Of a stretch of 64,000 nucleotides of DNA, positions 52,365-61,820 are shown piece after piece. The notes below the pieces were generated by a model, which worked only from the letters and a program-made list of their open reading frames with translations, was not told the origin of the DNA and did not search any database. The position numbers and the translations under genes are program-made. Source of the stretch: Ignavibacteriota bacterium (lineage in GTDB: Bacteria; Bacteroidota; Ignavibacteria; UBA10030; UBA6906); NCBI GenBank assembly GCA_963801355.1, contig CAWDEM010000008.1, forward strand, positions 163,458 to 227,457. The letters are read 5' to 3'. Position 1 is the stretch's first letter, and each line of letters starts with the position of its first letter.

Positions 52365-55300
52365 ATGTTGATCATACTCCTCGCATGCGTTACCGGTGTG
52401 GTCCCGTCGTTTCTCAATGCCCAATCGCTTCCATCTGCCGACGAAAGAATTTCGCTCGCATCCCTCCACCCCGACTCCGCTTTTGTCCTTGCCCACCGGT
52501 TCATGGCCGCGGGCAGCGATTCGGTCGTTTTGAATGATACCACGACTCTGGTCCGCGGCCGGGACTACCGAATCGATTACCGGCGGGGGATGATCTGGTT
52601 CGACAGCACCCTGATCAAGGCAGTGGTGACGGGCCGTGTGGCATCCTACGCCCGCGTCAGGTACGAGTTTTTCCCATTTACGTTCCGGGATTCCTATCAA
52701 CGGCGGATCCTGGTTCTTTCCACTGATTCACTTTCACGCGCTGACTCGCTCCGCGTGGCTAAGCCGGTTTCGACGTTTTCGATGAATGATGTTTTCGGTC
52801 CCGACCTCAGGAAGAGCGGAAGTATATTCCGGGGATTTACGGTGGGATCGAATCGCGACCTCTCACTCACATCCGGACTGCGTCTCGAGCTGTCCGGGCG
52901 CATCATGTCCGATATAGAAATCGCAGCTGCCCTTACCGACGAGAACACGCCCATACAACCCGAAGGGACTACCCAGACCCTCCAGGAATTCGACAAGGTG
53001 TTTGTCGAGATCCGCAGCACGGATCTCGCGGCGACGCTCGGTGACTTCACGCTTGATTTTTCCGGCACGGAATTCGCCCGGCTGAGCCGGAAGCTTCAGG
53101 GTGCCCGGAGCACCGCCGCATACCGGCTCGGAAGAGTCAATGGTGAAGCTCTGATCTCGGGTGCCGTCACGCGCGGTAAGTTTGTCACGAAACAGTTCAC
53201 CGGCCTTGAAGGCGTGCAGGGACCCTATATCCTCACGGGAAGGAACAACGAACGGGATATCATCGTCATCGCGGGCACTGAACGCGTTTACATCGACGGG
53301 GAACAACAAACCCGCGGCGAGACGAACGACTATACCATAGACTACTCCACCGGCGAGATCACATTCATGACGCGCAGGCTCATCACATCGGCCTCGCGCA
53401 TCACGGTGGATTTCGAGTACACTGACCGGCAATTCTCCCGCTCGCTGTTTGCAGCGCAGAACTCCACTTCCATGTTCGACAATGCTCTCCGCCTCACGGC
53501 GAGCTATTTTCGTGAGGCGGATGATCCTGATGCGCCCATCGACTTCTCATTCAGCGATTCTGCTCGAGCCGCCCTGGCGAATGCCGGCAACGATGCGTCC
53601 AGGGCGATTTTGAGCGGCGCCACACGCGTGGATTCCAACGGGGCGTACGTGCAGGTTGATACCGTTCTTGCCGGGGGTGGCATGGCGCAGTTCTACCGGT
53701 ACGCGCCCGGCAGCCCGGCTGCCCTGTACAACGTGACCTTTACCTATGTGGGCGCGGGGAAGGGCGACTATAACCGGCAACGCGCAGGGCTCTTCGTCTG
53801 GGTCGGCCCGGGTGGCGGCGCATACCTGCCAATCCGTCGACTGCCGCTTCCCCAGCTCCACGAGCTGGTCGATCTGGCAATTGAGTCGAAACCGAGAGAG
53901 GATCTCCGGATAGCGGGAGAATATGCCCACAGCTCGCTCGATGCAAATCGTCTTTCTTCACTGGGAGACGAAGCCAACAGCGCTCATGCCGTGACGCTTG
54001 CGGCTGCATATGAGCCCAAGGCGATCCGCATCGGAGGATGGGATCTCGGCGGCATGCAGCTGAAAGCCAGGGAGCGTTTCGTGCAGGCTCAGTTCGTTCC
54101 GATCGATCGCGTCGATGACATCGAGTTCACACGGAAGTGGGGGGTCGATTCTCTGGCAAAGGCGGATGAAGAGATACAGGAGATCTCACTGGCGTACATA
54201 CCGGTGAACGGAGTATCTGTCAGCGGCGGATACGGAAGGAATCACCGCGGGGCATTGCAGGATTCGCGACGCCGGGAAGCGGCATTTGCGCTGCAAGGGG
54301 ATGGACTGCCGACGGCGGGATTCAACGTCGAAGAAATCACGTCGACGGATGCGTTGTCGGATACACGAAGCGAATGGACCAGACGCAAAGGAGGACTGGA
54401 ATACACCTTCATGAACCTCACGCCCGGGGTCCGCTATGAGAGCGAGCGCCGCGAGATCGGCTCTCAGGCCGCCGGTGTCCTCCGGACGGGGAGTCTGAAG
54501 TTCGATGCGTACTCCGGTTACATCCGCTACAAACCGCCCGGACCATTCTCCATGCAGGCGGAGCTCGGATGGCGGAGCGACGACCAGTTCCGGGGCGGTG
54601 CGGTTGTCCGCGAGTCGCAATCGTTCACGCAGTCGTACAACGCCCGCCTCACCGAATGGCATGCGCTCTCGTCCTCCACCGACGTTACGGTGCGCAAGAA
54701 AACCTATTCGGAGGTTTTCCGGCTGGCAGGGAGTCAGGACATCCAGACCGTCCTGGTGCGCAACCGCACGCGGTATGCACCCCTCAATCGCGGCGTGGAG
54801 ACAGATCTCTACTATGAGGTTACCACGGAGCAGGCCTCGAAGTTCGAACGGGTGTTCGTGAAAGTGACACCCGGCACGGGGACGTATCGGTACCTCGGCG
54901 ACCAGAACGGCAACGGCCTTGCCGACGACAGCGAGTTCGTTCTTGCCCGGTTCGACGGTGACTTCGTTGCCGTGACGCTGCCGACCGATGAACTCACCCC
55001 CGTCATCGATTTGAAAACCAGCATCCGGCTCCGGATCGTGCCGTCGCGCTTTATCGGGAATGAAGGCACTATCGCCCGCATACTTTCAGCCCTGACATCG
55101 GAAACCTACCTGCGCCTTGAAGAGAAGAGTACGGCGCGCGATCTCTCGAGCATCTATCTGCTTCACTTGTCGAGGTTCCAGCAGGACGCGACCACCATAG
55201 CCGGGTCGACGATTTTCACGCAGGATGTTTTGATGTTCGAGGGGAGCCCGCTGTTCTCGACACGTCTCCGGTTTTCCGAGCGCAGAGGAGTGACAAACCT

Positions 55301-55847
55301 GAGCGGCGGGATTGAGCATGCCTTTCAGCGCGAACGGTCGGTGCGGGTGCGCCTGCAGCTCATGCCGGAGATTGCCAATCAGATTGATTATGTGAACCGG
55401 ATTGACCGGGTGAGTGGACTCACCGCGTCACCACGCTTGCGGGATATCGTCAGTAACGGCTTCACGTACGATCTCTCTTACCGGCCCCGGCAGAACGCCG
55501 AGCTCGGATTCAAGCTTGACGTAAGCCGGGCGAACGACGGGTTGCCGGCTCCGGAACTCAGAGCTGACCTGAATGCGCAGTCGGTGAGAGTCGTTTATGC
55601 TCTCCAGGGGTCAGGTCAGGCCCGTGCGGAGTTTGTGCGTGAAGAAGTGCAGCTTGCGCGTGCCCTTGACACTTTTCCGTTTGAATTGACCGGGGGGCGT
55701 GTCAATGGAAAAACATGGATCTGGCGCGGTGCCTTCGAGTATCGCATGACACAATTCCTTCAAGCGACGGTGAACTACGAGGGACGCATCGAGGGTGGGA
55801 GCCGTCCGGTGCATACGGCGAGGGCGGAGGTTCGGGCGTTTTTCTGA
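52365..55847 (+). CDS. Very large (~1160 aa) outer-membrane beta-barrel-like protein, family unknown
   Basis: Signal peptide MLIILLACVTGVVPSFLNAQS (alternative start 52326). Long alternating-strand C-terminal region ending ARAEVRAFF with a terminal Phe. Two copies of a DYxIDYxxGxIxF motif. Confidence 0.55.
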   Translation: MLIILLACVTGVVPSFLNAQSLPSADERISLASLHPDSAFVLAHRFMAAGSDSVVLNDTTTLVRGRDYRIDYRRGMIWFDSTLIKAVVTGRVASYARVRYEFFPFTFRDSYQRRILVLSTDSLSRADSLRVAKPVSTFSMNDVFGPDLRKSGSIFRGFTVGSNRDLSLTSGLRLELSGRIMSDIEIAAALTDENTPIQPEGTTQTLQEFDKVFVEIRSTDLAATLGDFTLDFSGTEFARLSRKLQGARSTAAYRLGRVNGEALISGAVTRGKFVTKQFTGLEGVQGPYILTGRNNERDIIVIAGTERVYIDGEQQTRGETNDYTIDYSTGEITFMTRRLITSASRITVDFEYTDRQFSRSLFAAQNSTSMFDNALRLTASYFREADDPDAPIDFSFSDSARAALANAGNDASRAILSGATRVDSNGAYVQVDTVLAGGGMAQFYRYAPGSPAALYNVTFTYVGAGKGDYNRQRAGLFVWVGPGGGAYLPIRRLPLPQLHELVDLAIESKPREDLRIAGEYAHSSLDANRLSSLGDEANSAHAVTLAAAYEPKAIRIGGWDLGGMQLKARERFVQAQFVPIDRVDDIEFTRKWGVDSLAKADEEIQEISLAYIPVNGVSVSGGYGRNHRGALQDSRRREAAFALQGDGLPTAGFNVEEITSTDALSDTRSEWTRRKGGLEYTFMNLTPGVRYESERREIGSQAAGVLRTGSLKFDAYSGYIRYKPPGPFSMQAELGWRSDDQFRGGAVVRESQSFTQSYNARLTEWHALSSSTDVTVRKKTYSEVFRLAGSQDIQTVLVRNRTRYAPLNRGVETDLYYEVTTEQASKFERVFVKVTPGTGTYRYLGDQNGNGLADDSEFVLARFDGDFVAVTLPTDELTPVIDLKTSIRLRIVPSRFIGNEGTIARILSALTSETYLRLEEKSTARDLSSIYLLHLSRFQQDATTIAGSTIFTQDVLMFEGSPLFSTRLRFSERRGVTNLSGGIEHAFQRERSVRVRLQLMPEIANQIDYVNRIDRVSGLTASPRLRDIVSNGFTYDLSYRPRQNAELGFKLDVSRANDGLPAPELRADLNAQSVRVVYALQGSGQARAEFVREEVQLARALDTFPFELTGGRVNGKTWIWRGAFEYRMTQFLQATVNYEGRIEGGSRPVHTARAEVRAFF

Positions 55848-56005
55848 AAGACTGATGACGGTCACGGGATTCTGTCTCTGATTTCAGAATTGATGCGTGA
55901 TAAACTTGCGTTTCAAATGTCTATTCTGTATACTCCAACGTCCCTCCCGTGGGGACGTCGGCGATTTTCCTAGCCATCATCTCGCGGGGCTCTCTTCCTC
56001 GTCCC

Positions 56006-56509
56006 ATGGTCTACTGCACATCATTTGAGTCCAAGATAGGCCTGATCTACGTCGCTTCGACGGAGAAAGGTGTCTGCAAAGTCAGTGTTCCGCGTCAGAC
56101 AAAGCGGGATTTTTTCCGCTGGCTCCGCGAGAACTTTGACGACAGTGAAGTAGCAGACAACAAGTCCCGCAACCGTGAAGTGATCGATCAGCTTGCACGC
56201 TACTTCAACGGTAGGCTCGCGAAGTTCACGGTGACCGTCGATCTCATCGGCACGCCGTTTCAGGTGCGTGTGTGGCGGGAACTCGGAAAGATTCCCTACG
56301 GCACAACGATCAGCTACAAGCAACTGGCAAAGCGTCTGGGGACGAGCCGGGGATTTCAAGCTGTCGGACGTGCGAATGCCGCCAATCCCGTGCCCATCAT
56401 CGTGCCGTGCCACCGCGTGCTGGGAACCGACGGTTCACTTGTCGGCTATGCCAGCGGTGTGAAGACGAAAGAGTTCCTCCTGAAGCTTGAGGGTGCCTTG
56501 ATGATTTGA
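56006..56509 (+). CDS. ogt: Methylated-DNA--protein-cysteine methyltransferase
   Basis: Active-site IIVPCHRVLG, plus GTPFQVRVWRELGKIPYGTTISY and NANPVPI. Start uncertain: 55949 or 56006. Confidence 0.85.
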   Translation: MVYCTSFESKIGLIYVASTEKGVCKVSVPRQTKRDFFRWLRENFDDSEVADNKSRNREVIDQLARYFNGRLAKFTVTVDLIGTPFQVRVWRELGKIPYGTTISYKQLAKRLGTSRGFQAVGRANAANPVPIIVPCHRVLGTDGSLVGYASGVKTKEFLLKLEGALMI

Positions 56510-56568
56510 AGATGTGTTCTGTTCCCGCCGCGCGTTGCCTTCCGTAACCAATTTCCGTATCATGCCTC

Positions 56569-58809
56569 ATGTCTTTTCTGCAACAGCTCAATGACGTCCA
56601 ACGTGATGCCGTAGAGGCCACGGAAGGACCGGTAATGATTGTCGCCGGCGCCGGGAGCGGGAAGACGCGCGTGCTCACATACCGCGCGGCGTATCTCCTG
56701 CAACAGGGTATCCGTCCTGAAAGCATTCTTGCCCTGACGTTCACCAACAAAGCGGCCAACGAAATGAAGGGCCGCATTGCCGATCTCGTCGGTCCATCGA
56801 ACCGCGCGATTTGGATGGGCACCTTTCATTCGATCTTCGCCCGCATCCTGCGTATTGAGGCTGAACGGCTCGGCTACACGCGCACGTTTTCGATCTACGA
56901 TACCGATGATTCGCAGTCCCTGATCAAGGGCATCATGAACGATCTGGGGGTTTCCGCGCAGCAGTATCCGCCTGCGGGCATCCGCAGCCGCATCAGCGTT
57001 GCCAAAAACTCTATGATTTCCAGCGCTGATTACCAGAAGGGCGCGCGCGACCCGGCCGCGCAGCGTGCAGGCGATATCTTCGAGGAGTACGAACGCCGCC
57101 TCTTCAAGAACAACGCACTGGACTTTGACGACCTGCTCCTGAAACCCCTGGAGCTGTTCCGCCGTCATCGTGATGTGCTTCAACGATATCAGATGCGATT
57201 CCAATTCATCCTGGTCGACGAGTACCAGGACACCAACAGGGTGCAGTATCTCCTGTTGCAGGAGCTGGCCGCCCGGCTCAAGAATATCTGTGTGGTTGGG
57301 GATGACGCGCAGAGCATCTACGCCTTCCGCGGAGCCGACATCCGGAACATTCTCGATTTTGAAAAAGACTATCCAGAGTGTCGCGTGTTCCGGCTCGAAC
57401 AAAACTACAGGTCCACCAAGACCATTCTCGGTGCGGCCGATTCGCTCATCAGGCACAACGAGCGGCAGATTCCGAAGAAGCTCTGGACGAGCAATGCCGC
57501 CGGCGACGCGGTCATACTGGATATCTGTAACGACGATAGGGAGGAAGCCCGGAGGATTGTCGCCCACATTCAGGAGGAAACACACAAGCGCAAGCTGGGC
57601 CTGAATGACTTTGCCGTCTTGTACCGGACGAACGCACAATCCCGGACAATCGAAGATGCGCTCCGCAGGGCCGCAATACCCTACGTCATCGTGGGAGGGG
57701 TTGCGTTCTACAAGCGGAAGGAAATCAAGGATATTCTTGCGTACCTGCGCGTCATTGCGAACCCGAAGGACGACGAAAGCGTCGTACGAATCCTGAATGT
57801 GCCCGCGCGGGCAATAGGGAACACTACCCTGCAACGGATCCGTACAGTCGCGGCGGCGGAGAGAATTCCGATCATGGCTGCCCTGAACTCGCGGAGCCTT
57901 GAGGGACTGCTGGCCGACCGCACGCTGAAATCCGTCAGGGAGTTTCATGCGATGCTGCAGAAGTATATTGTGCTGAAAACAGAAATGTCGGCGAATGAAC
58001 TTGCCAGGGCGGTCGTGGATGAGACCGGCATCCTCCGCGCCCTCAAGGAAGAGAACACTCCCGAATCCCTGGCACGGAGGGACAACATACAGGAATTGAT
58101 TTCGGCGCTGGCCGAATTCGCCGACCAGCATCCCGGTTCGACCCTGGAGGACTTTCTCTCCGAAGTATCGCTGGTCTCGGATGTGGATATGGCCGAGTTC
58201 GGCCGCAATGCCGTAACGCTCATGACGCTGCACGCGGCAAAAGGGCTCGAGTTTCCGGTCGTGTTCATCGCCGGACTGGAGGAGGGGCTGCTGCCGATCT
58301 CCCTTGCACTTGACAGCAAGGAGGAAGTGGAGGAAGAACGACGCCTGCTCTACGTGGGTATGACGCGTGCGGAACAGCTCCTCTATCTCTCATTCGCACA
58401 TACACGCTACCACCAGGGCGAGATGCTCTATTCACTCCGCTCGCGGTTTCTCGATGACATCGATCCGACTTTTGTTTTTTCCTCCGAGAAGACCGGTCTC
58501 CTCCGGCATGCGGCAGCCGGTACGGCCCCGACATCCATGCGCACGCCGCGGACCGTGCTCCACCCGAGCCGCCACCGGGCACCGGAGACGGATCAATTTG
58601 CGGCCGACACCATGCCGGACTACGAGAATCATTCCCAGGAAGAATTCGAGCCCCGGGTGGGATTGCGCGTCACGCATGAAACATTCGGGACCGGGCACAT
58701 TGTCGCCCTGGACGGTCACGGTGACGATGCGCGGGCAATTGTAGAATTTACCTCTGTCGGACGGAAGAAACTCCTCCTGAAGTTCGCCCGGCTCAGAATT
58801 CCCCGGTAG
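56569..58809 (+). CDS. pcrA: ATP-dependent DNA helicase, UvrD/PcrA family
   Basis: Motif I AGAGSGKTRVL, motif II LVDEYQDTN and motif VI VGMTRAEQLLYLS. The C-terminal RVTHETFGTGHIV element is typical of PcrA/UvrD. Confidence 0.9.
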   Translation: MSFLQQLNDVQRDAVEATEGPVMIVAGAGSGKTRVLTYRAAYLLQQGIRPESILALTFTNKAANEMKGRIADLVGPSNRAIWMGTFHSIFARILRIEAERLGYTRTFSIYDTDDSQSLIKGIMNDLGVSAQQYPPAGIRSRISVAKNSMISSADYQKGARDPAAQRAGDIFEEYERRLFKNNALDFDDLLLKPLELFRRHRDVLQRYQMRFQFILVDEYQDTNRVQYLLLQELAARLKNICVVGDDAQSIYAFRGADIRNILDFEKDYPECRVFRLEQNYRSTKTILGAADSLIRHNERQIPKKLWTSNAAGDAVILDICNDDREEARRIVAHIQEETHKRKLGLNDFAVLYRTNAQSRTIEDALRRAAIPYVIVGGVAFYKRKEIKDILAYLRVIANPKDDESVVRILNVPARAIGNTTLQRIRTVAAAERIPIMAALNSRSLEGLLADRTLKSVREFHAMLQKYIVLKTEMSANELARAVVDETGILRALKEENTPESLARRDNIQELISALAEFADQHPGSTLEDFLSEVSLVSDVDMAEFGRNAVTLMTLHAAKGLEFPVVFIAGLEEGLLPISLALDSKEEVEEERRLLYVGMTRAEQLLYLSFAHTRYHQGEMLYSLRSRFLDDIDPTFVFSSEKTGLLRHAAAGTAPTSMRTPRTVLHPSRHRAPETDQFAADTMPDYENHSQEEFEPRVGLRVTHETFGTGHIVALDGHGDDARAIVEFTSVGRKKLLLKFARLRIPR

Positions 58810-58818
58810 TTCTTCTTC

Positions 58819-58847
58819 TTGACACTCAGCAGAGGATGGCGTATTAT
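58819..58847 (+). promoter_or_regulatory. Sigma70-type promoter upstream of the transglycosylase gene
   Basis: TTGACA (58819-58824), a 17-nt spacer, and TATTAT (58842-58847). Confidence 0.45.
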
Positions 58848-58908
58848 GTGTAATCTTCTTCGCAAGCATAGTGCAGAGTGAGAAGGAACTCATAGTAGCG
58901 AAAGGTGC

Positions 58909-61143
58909 ATGATGAGAAGTACGTGTCTGTTTGCCGCTGCAGCGGCGATGTTGGTAGTGGGGTGTGCTTCCCAGCAGTCGGCAGAATACCTCATGCCCCA
59001 GACTGTGTCCACCGCGTTACCTGACTCTCTCCCCGCAGAACCCGTTCAACCTGAAAACCTCGAAACCGATTCGACGATTGTGTTTACCCAATCGTACGGC
59101 GTTCCGGACGACTCGTTAATTGCCGCGATGCTGGAAACAGCCCGGCAACACTATCTGTCTGCGACGACCGCCGCTGCAAACGGCGACTCCCTCAGGTCGA
59201 TGGTGCAGTTTGAAGAGGCCATTGCCCTCCTGGACGAGCTCAGCGACGTACCGGGGATTGAATCGAACAAAGACTTTGCGGACTTGAGCAAGGCGGTGGT
59301 GGAGGACTATGAATTGCATATTGCGCGTATCGACAGCCTTTCGCCCGAGTCTTCGATTTCGGCCCTGCGGGAGAAGATGAACCAGGTCGCCGAACTGGCG
59401 GATACAGTTGCACTGGGACCACAGCTGACCCTGGTGCAGGGAACGACGGTCCCGCTGGTAATGAATTCCCTCGTTGAGAGTCACATAAACTTCTACACCG
59501 GTCGGGGCCGTGTGCACGTGGAGCGATGGATCAAGAATTCGGGACGGTACTTTCCTCTCCTGCGGAAAATCCTGAACGAAGAAAAGGTCCCCGAGGAACT
59601 TGTGCACCTGAGCATGATCGAGAGCGGTGTGAACCCGAATGCGCGTTCCTGGGCGCGGGCCGTGGGTATGTGGCAGTTCATAAAGGGCACGGGACGGCTC
59701 TACGGGTTGCGCACATCGTTCTTTCTGGACGAGCGTCGCGATTTTGAGAAGGCCACCCGCGCTGCTGCACGGCATCTGCGCGACCTGTACGAGGAATTCG
59801 GCGACTGGTATCTTGTGCTCTCTGCTTACAACTCCGGAGCAGGGAGGATTTATTCCGGCATCCGGCGGACCGGCTCGACAGATTTCTGGGAGATGCGGCG
59901 CCGCCTTCCCCGGGAGACCCGCAACTACGTTCCGCAGTATATTGCGGCAACCTTGATCTCCTTAAACCCCACACAGTATGGTTTCGAATCCGTTGTGCCG
60001 TATCCTCCTCTCGTATTTGACACCGTACGCGTGGACGACGGCATTGATCTCTCTCTTCTGGCAGATTGTGCCGGCGTGGATGAGCAGACGATCCGGGATC
60101 TGAATCCGGAACTCATCCAATGGTGCACCCCTCCGGGCATCAAGCGTTATACGCTGCGCATTCCTCCGGGGCGAACGCAAATGTTCCGGGCAAAGTACGC
60201 GCAAATCCCGGAAAGCGCCAGACGCGACTGGGTCGTCCACACGGTGCGACGCGGTGAAACCCTCGGTGGAATTGCGGTTCGCTACGGTATTACTGTGGAG
60301 GTGCTCAAGGAAGCCAACCGGCTTGCGTCGGCAAAACGTCTTTCTGTGGGGAAACAGGTTGTCATTCCGGTGCCGCGCGGGTCACATCGGTTTGCTTCGC
60401 TCGTAAATTCTTCGGCCACGATGGAATCTGTGCGTGAAAGATCGCGACGCTCGGTTGACAGGACACGGGTCGCCAGGGCGTTGGCCCGCTCCACCCGACA
60501 GGCCTCCGCGGCGCAGCCCAGGGGAACAACGCGTATCGCGTACTCGGTGAAGAAGGGCGATACCATCGGACACATCGCTGAGTGGTTCGATTGCCGGGCT
60601 GCTGACATACGCAACTGGAATGACATCGCCTATGGCAGCCGTATCCGTGTCGGACAGACACTCGAGATCTACGTCCACGAGTCCAACGCGGCATCGTACA
60701 AACGCATTGAGGGAATGTCCTTCGCCCAGAAGGAAGCTCTCGCCAGCAAGACTGCCCGTCCGGCACGGTCGGCGACACCCGAAAACGGCGACAGCCATAT
60801 CGTGAAATCCGGTGAGACGCTGGAGTCCATCGCCCACGATCATGGCGTCAGCATCGACCAGCTGAAGCATTGGAACCGTCTGCGAACATCACGCATCAAC
60901 GGCGGTCAGAGTCTCGTCATCCACAAGAGTGCGCAGAACATGCGCATCGTGACGCCTCAGAGTTCTCCCGCTGCATCGCGCACGACAAGGGGTGGCAAGG
61001 CCGTCGTGTACATCGTTAAAAAAGGGGACACACTGTGGGATATCGCAAAAGCCTTTGAGGTCACACCAACAGACCTGAAGGCGTGGAACGATCTGGGCAG
61101 GAACAAGATTATTGCAGGACAGGAGCTGGTGATCAGGAAGTAG
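58909..61143 (+). CDS. mltD: Membrane-bound lytic murein transglycosylase D-like lipoprotein with four LysM domains
   Basis: Lipobox LVVGCAS. SLT catalytic region SMIESGVNPNARSWARAVGMWQF. Four LysM repeats: HTVRRGETLGGIA.., YSVKKGDTIGHIA.., HIVKSGETLESIA.., YIVKKGDTLWDIA.. Confidence 0.85.
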   Translation: MMRSTCLFAAAAAMLVVGCASQQSAEYLMPQTVSTALPDSLPAEPVQPENLETDSTIVFTQSYGVPDDSLIAAMLETARQHYLSATTAAANGDSLRSMVQFEEAIALLDELSDVPGIESNKDFADLSKAVVEDYELHIARIDSLSPESSISALREKMNQVAELADTVALGPQLTLVQGTTVPLVMNSLVESHINFYTGRGRVHVERWIKNSGRYFPLLRKILNEEKVPEELVHLSMIESGVNPNARSWARAVGMWQFIKGTGRLYGLRTSFFLDERRDFEKATRAAARHLRDLYEEFGDWYLVLSAYNSGAGRIYSGIRRTGSTDFWEMRRRLPRETRNYVPQYIAATLISLNPTQYGFESVVPYPPLVFDTVRVDDGIDLSLLADCAGVDEQTIRDLNPELIQWCTPPGIKRYTLRIPPGRTQMFRAKYAQIPESARRDWVVHTVRRGETLGGIAVRYGITVEVLKEANRLASAKRLSVGKQVVIPVPRGSHRFASLVNSSATMESVRERSRRSVDRTRVARALARSTRQASAAQPRGTTRIAYSVKKGDTIGHIAEWFDCRAADIRNWNDIAYGSRIRVGQTLEIYVHESNAASYKRIEGMSFAQKEALASKTARPARSATPENGDSHIVKSGETLESIAHDHGVSIDQLKHWNRLRTSRINGGQSLVIHKSAQNMRIVTPQSSPAASRTTRGGKAVVYIVKKGDTLWDIAKAFEVTPTDLKAWNDLGRNKIIAGQELVIRK

Positions 61144-61188
61144 TGGAGGGGGAACGCATCACGTCACCCCTCCGTTACGATCGTTTTC

Positions 61189-61677
61189 CTAATCCTTCTC
61201 TTCGATCTTCTTCTCAATCCTCCGTTCGATCACCCGATCGCGCATTCCATGGCCTCCCTGCTGCAGGTGCTTTTTCCAGATCTTCTGTTGCTCGGGGTTG
61301 AGGATCGCCTTCACACCGAACTGATGATCCAGCATGGCGATTTTTTCCTGATATTGCAAATCAGAAACTTCCTTCATTTTCTTTTCAATCGCCGCCTTGT
61401 CGGGATTGGTTGCGCCGTACAGTTCCTCCATTTCCAATCTGGCGATGCGAATCTTGGCCTGCAGCGCCGTCTGTTTCTTCTGGAGGTCCAGACGCATCTT
61501 CTGCATCTGTGACTGCTGGTCTTCGCTCAAGTTAAGCTTGGCCATCATGTCCTGGCGTTCGTGCATCGGGCCTGTCCCGTCGCCGGGGCCCATCCCTCTG
61601 CCCATGCCGGTCCGGTTCTGAGCGAAGGCAAGCGTTCCCATCATTACCATCAACACCACTGCCACGAGTCGTCTCAT
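61189..61677 (-). CDS. Spy/CpxP-family periplasmic chaperone-like protein
   Basis: Signal peptide. LTxxQ-like motif LNLSEDQQSQMQKM followed by helical KQTALQAKIRIARLEMEEL. Confidence 0.65.
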   Translation of the reverse strand: MRRLVAVVLMVMMGTLAFAQNRTGMGRGMGPGDGTGPMHERQDMMAKLNLSEDQQSQMQKMRLDLQKKQTALQAKIRIARLEMEELYGATNPDKAAIEKKMKEVSDLQYQEKIAMLDHQFGVKAILNPEQQKIWKKHLQQGGHGMRDRVIERRIEKKIEEKD

Positions 61678-61762
61678 GGAATCACCTATCGTTTATGTTG
61701 TGAGAGTACAGCACGCCGGTTACATGTGTTAGACCTCGTGGCGGGGTAAAGGTTTAACGTTT

Positions 61763-61791
61763 GACTTTCCCCGCCCCTTTCGCTATGTTCT
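61763..61791 (+). promoter_or_regulatory. Sigma70-type promoter upstream of the TPR lipoprotein gene
   Basis: TTGACT (61763-61768), a 17-nt spacer, and TATGTT (61786-61791). Confidence 0.4.
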
Positions 61792-61820
61792 TATGATCCT
61801 CGTGCGATCCGGAGCTTACT

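Noticed and set aside
51939-52365. tRNA-Leu as an integration hotspot for a prophage or genomic island
   Set aside because: No integrase, excisionase or phage genes lie on either side. I saw no duplicated tRNA 3' fragment. The flanking genes are ordinary envelope genes.
56560-58233. 557-aa minus-strand ORF
   Set aside because: It is fully antisense to the UvrD/PcrA helicase gene, which has all the canonical helicase motifs. It is a shadow ORF.
56569-58809. UvrD-like helicase as part of a defence system (e.g. a helicase-nuclease pair)
   Set aside because: No partner nuclease, ATPase or other defence-type gene is adjacent. It has the PcrA/UvrD housekeeping C-terminal element and sits between ogt and a cell-wall gene.
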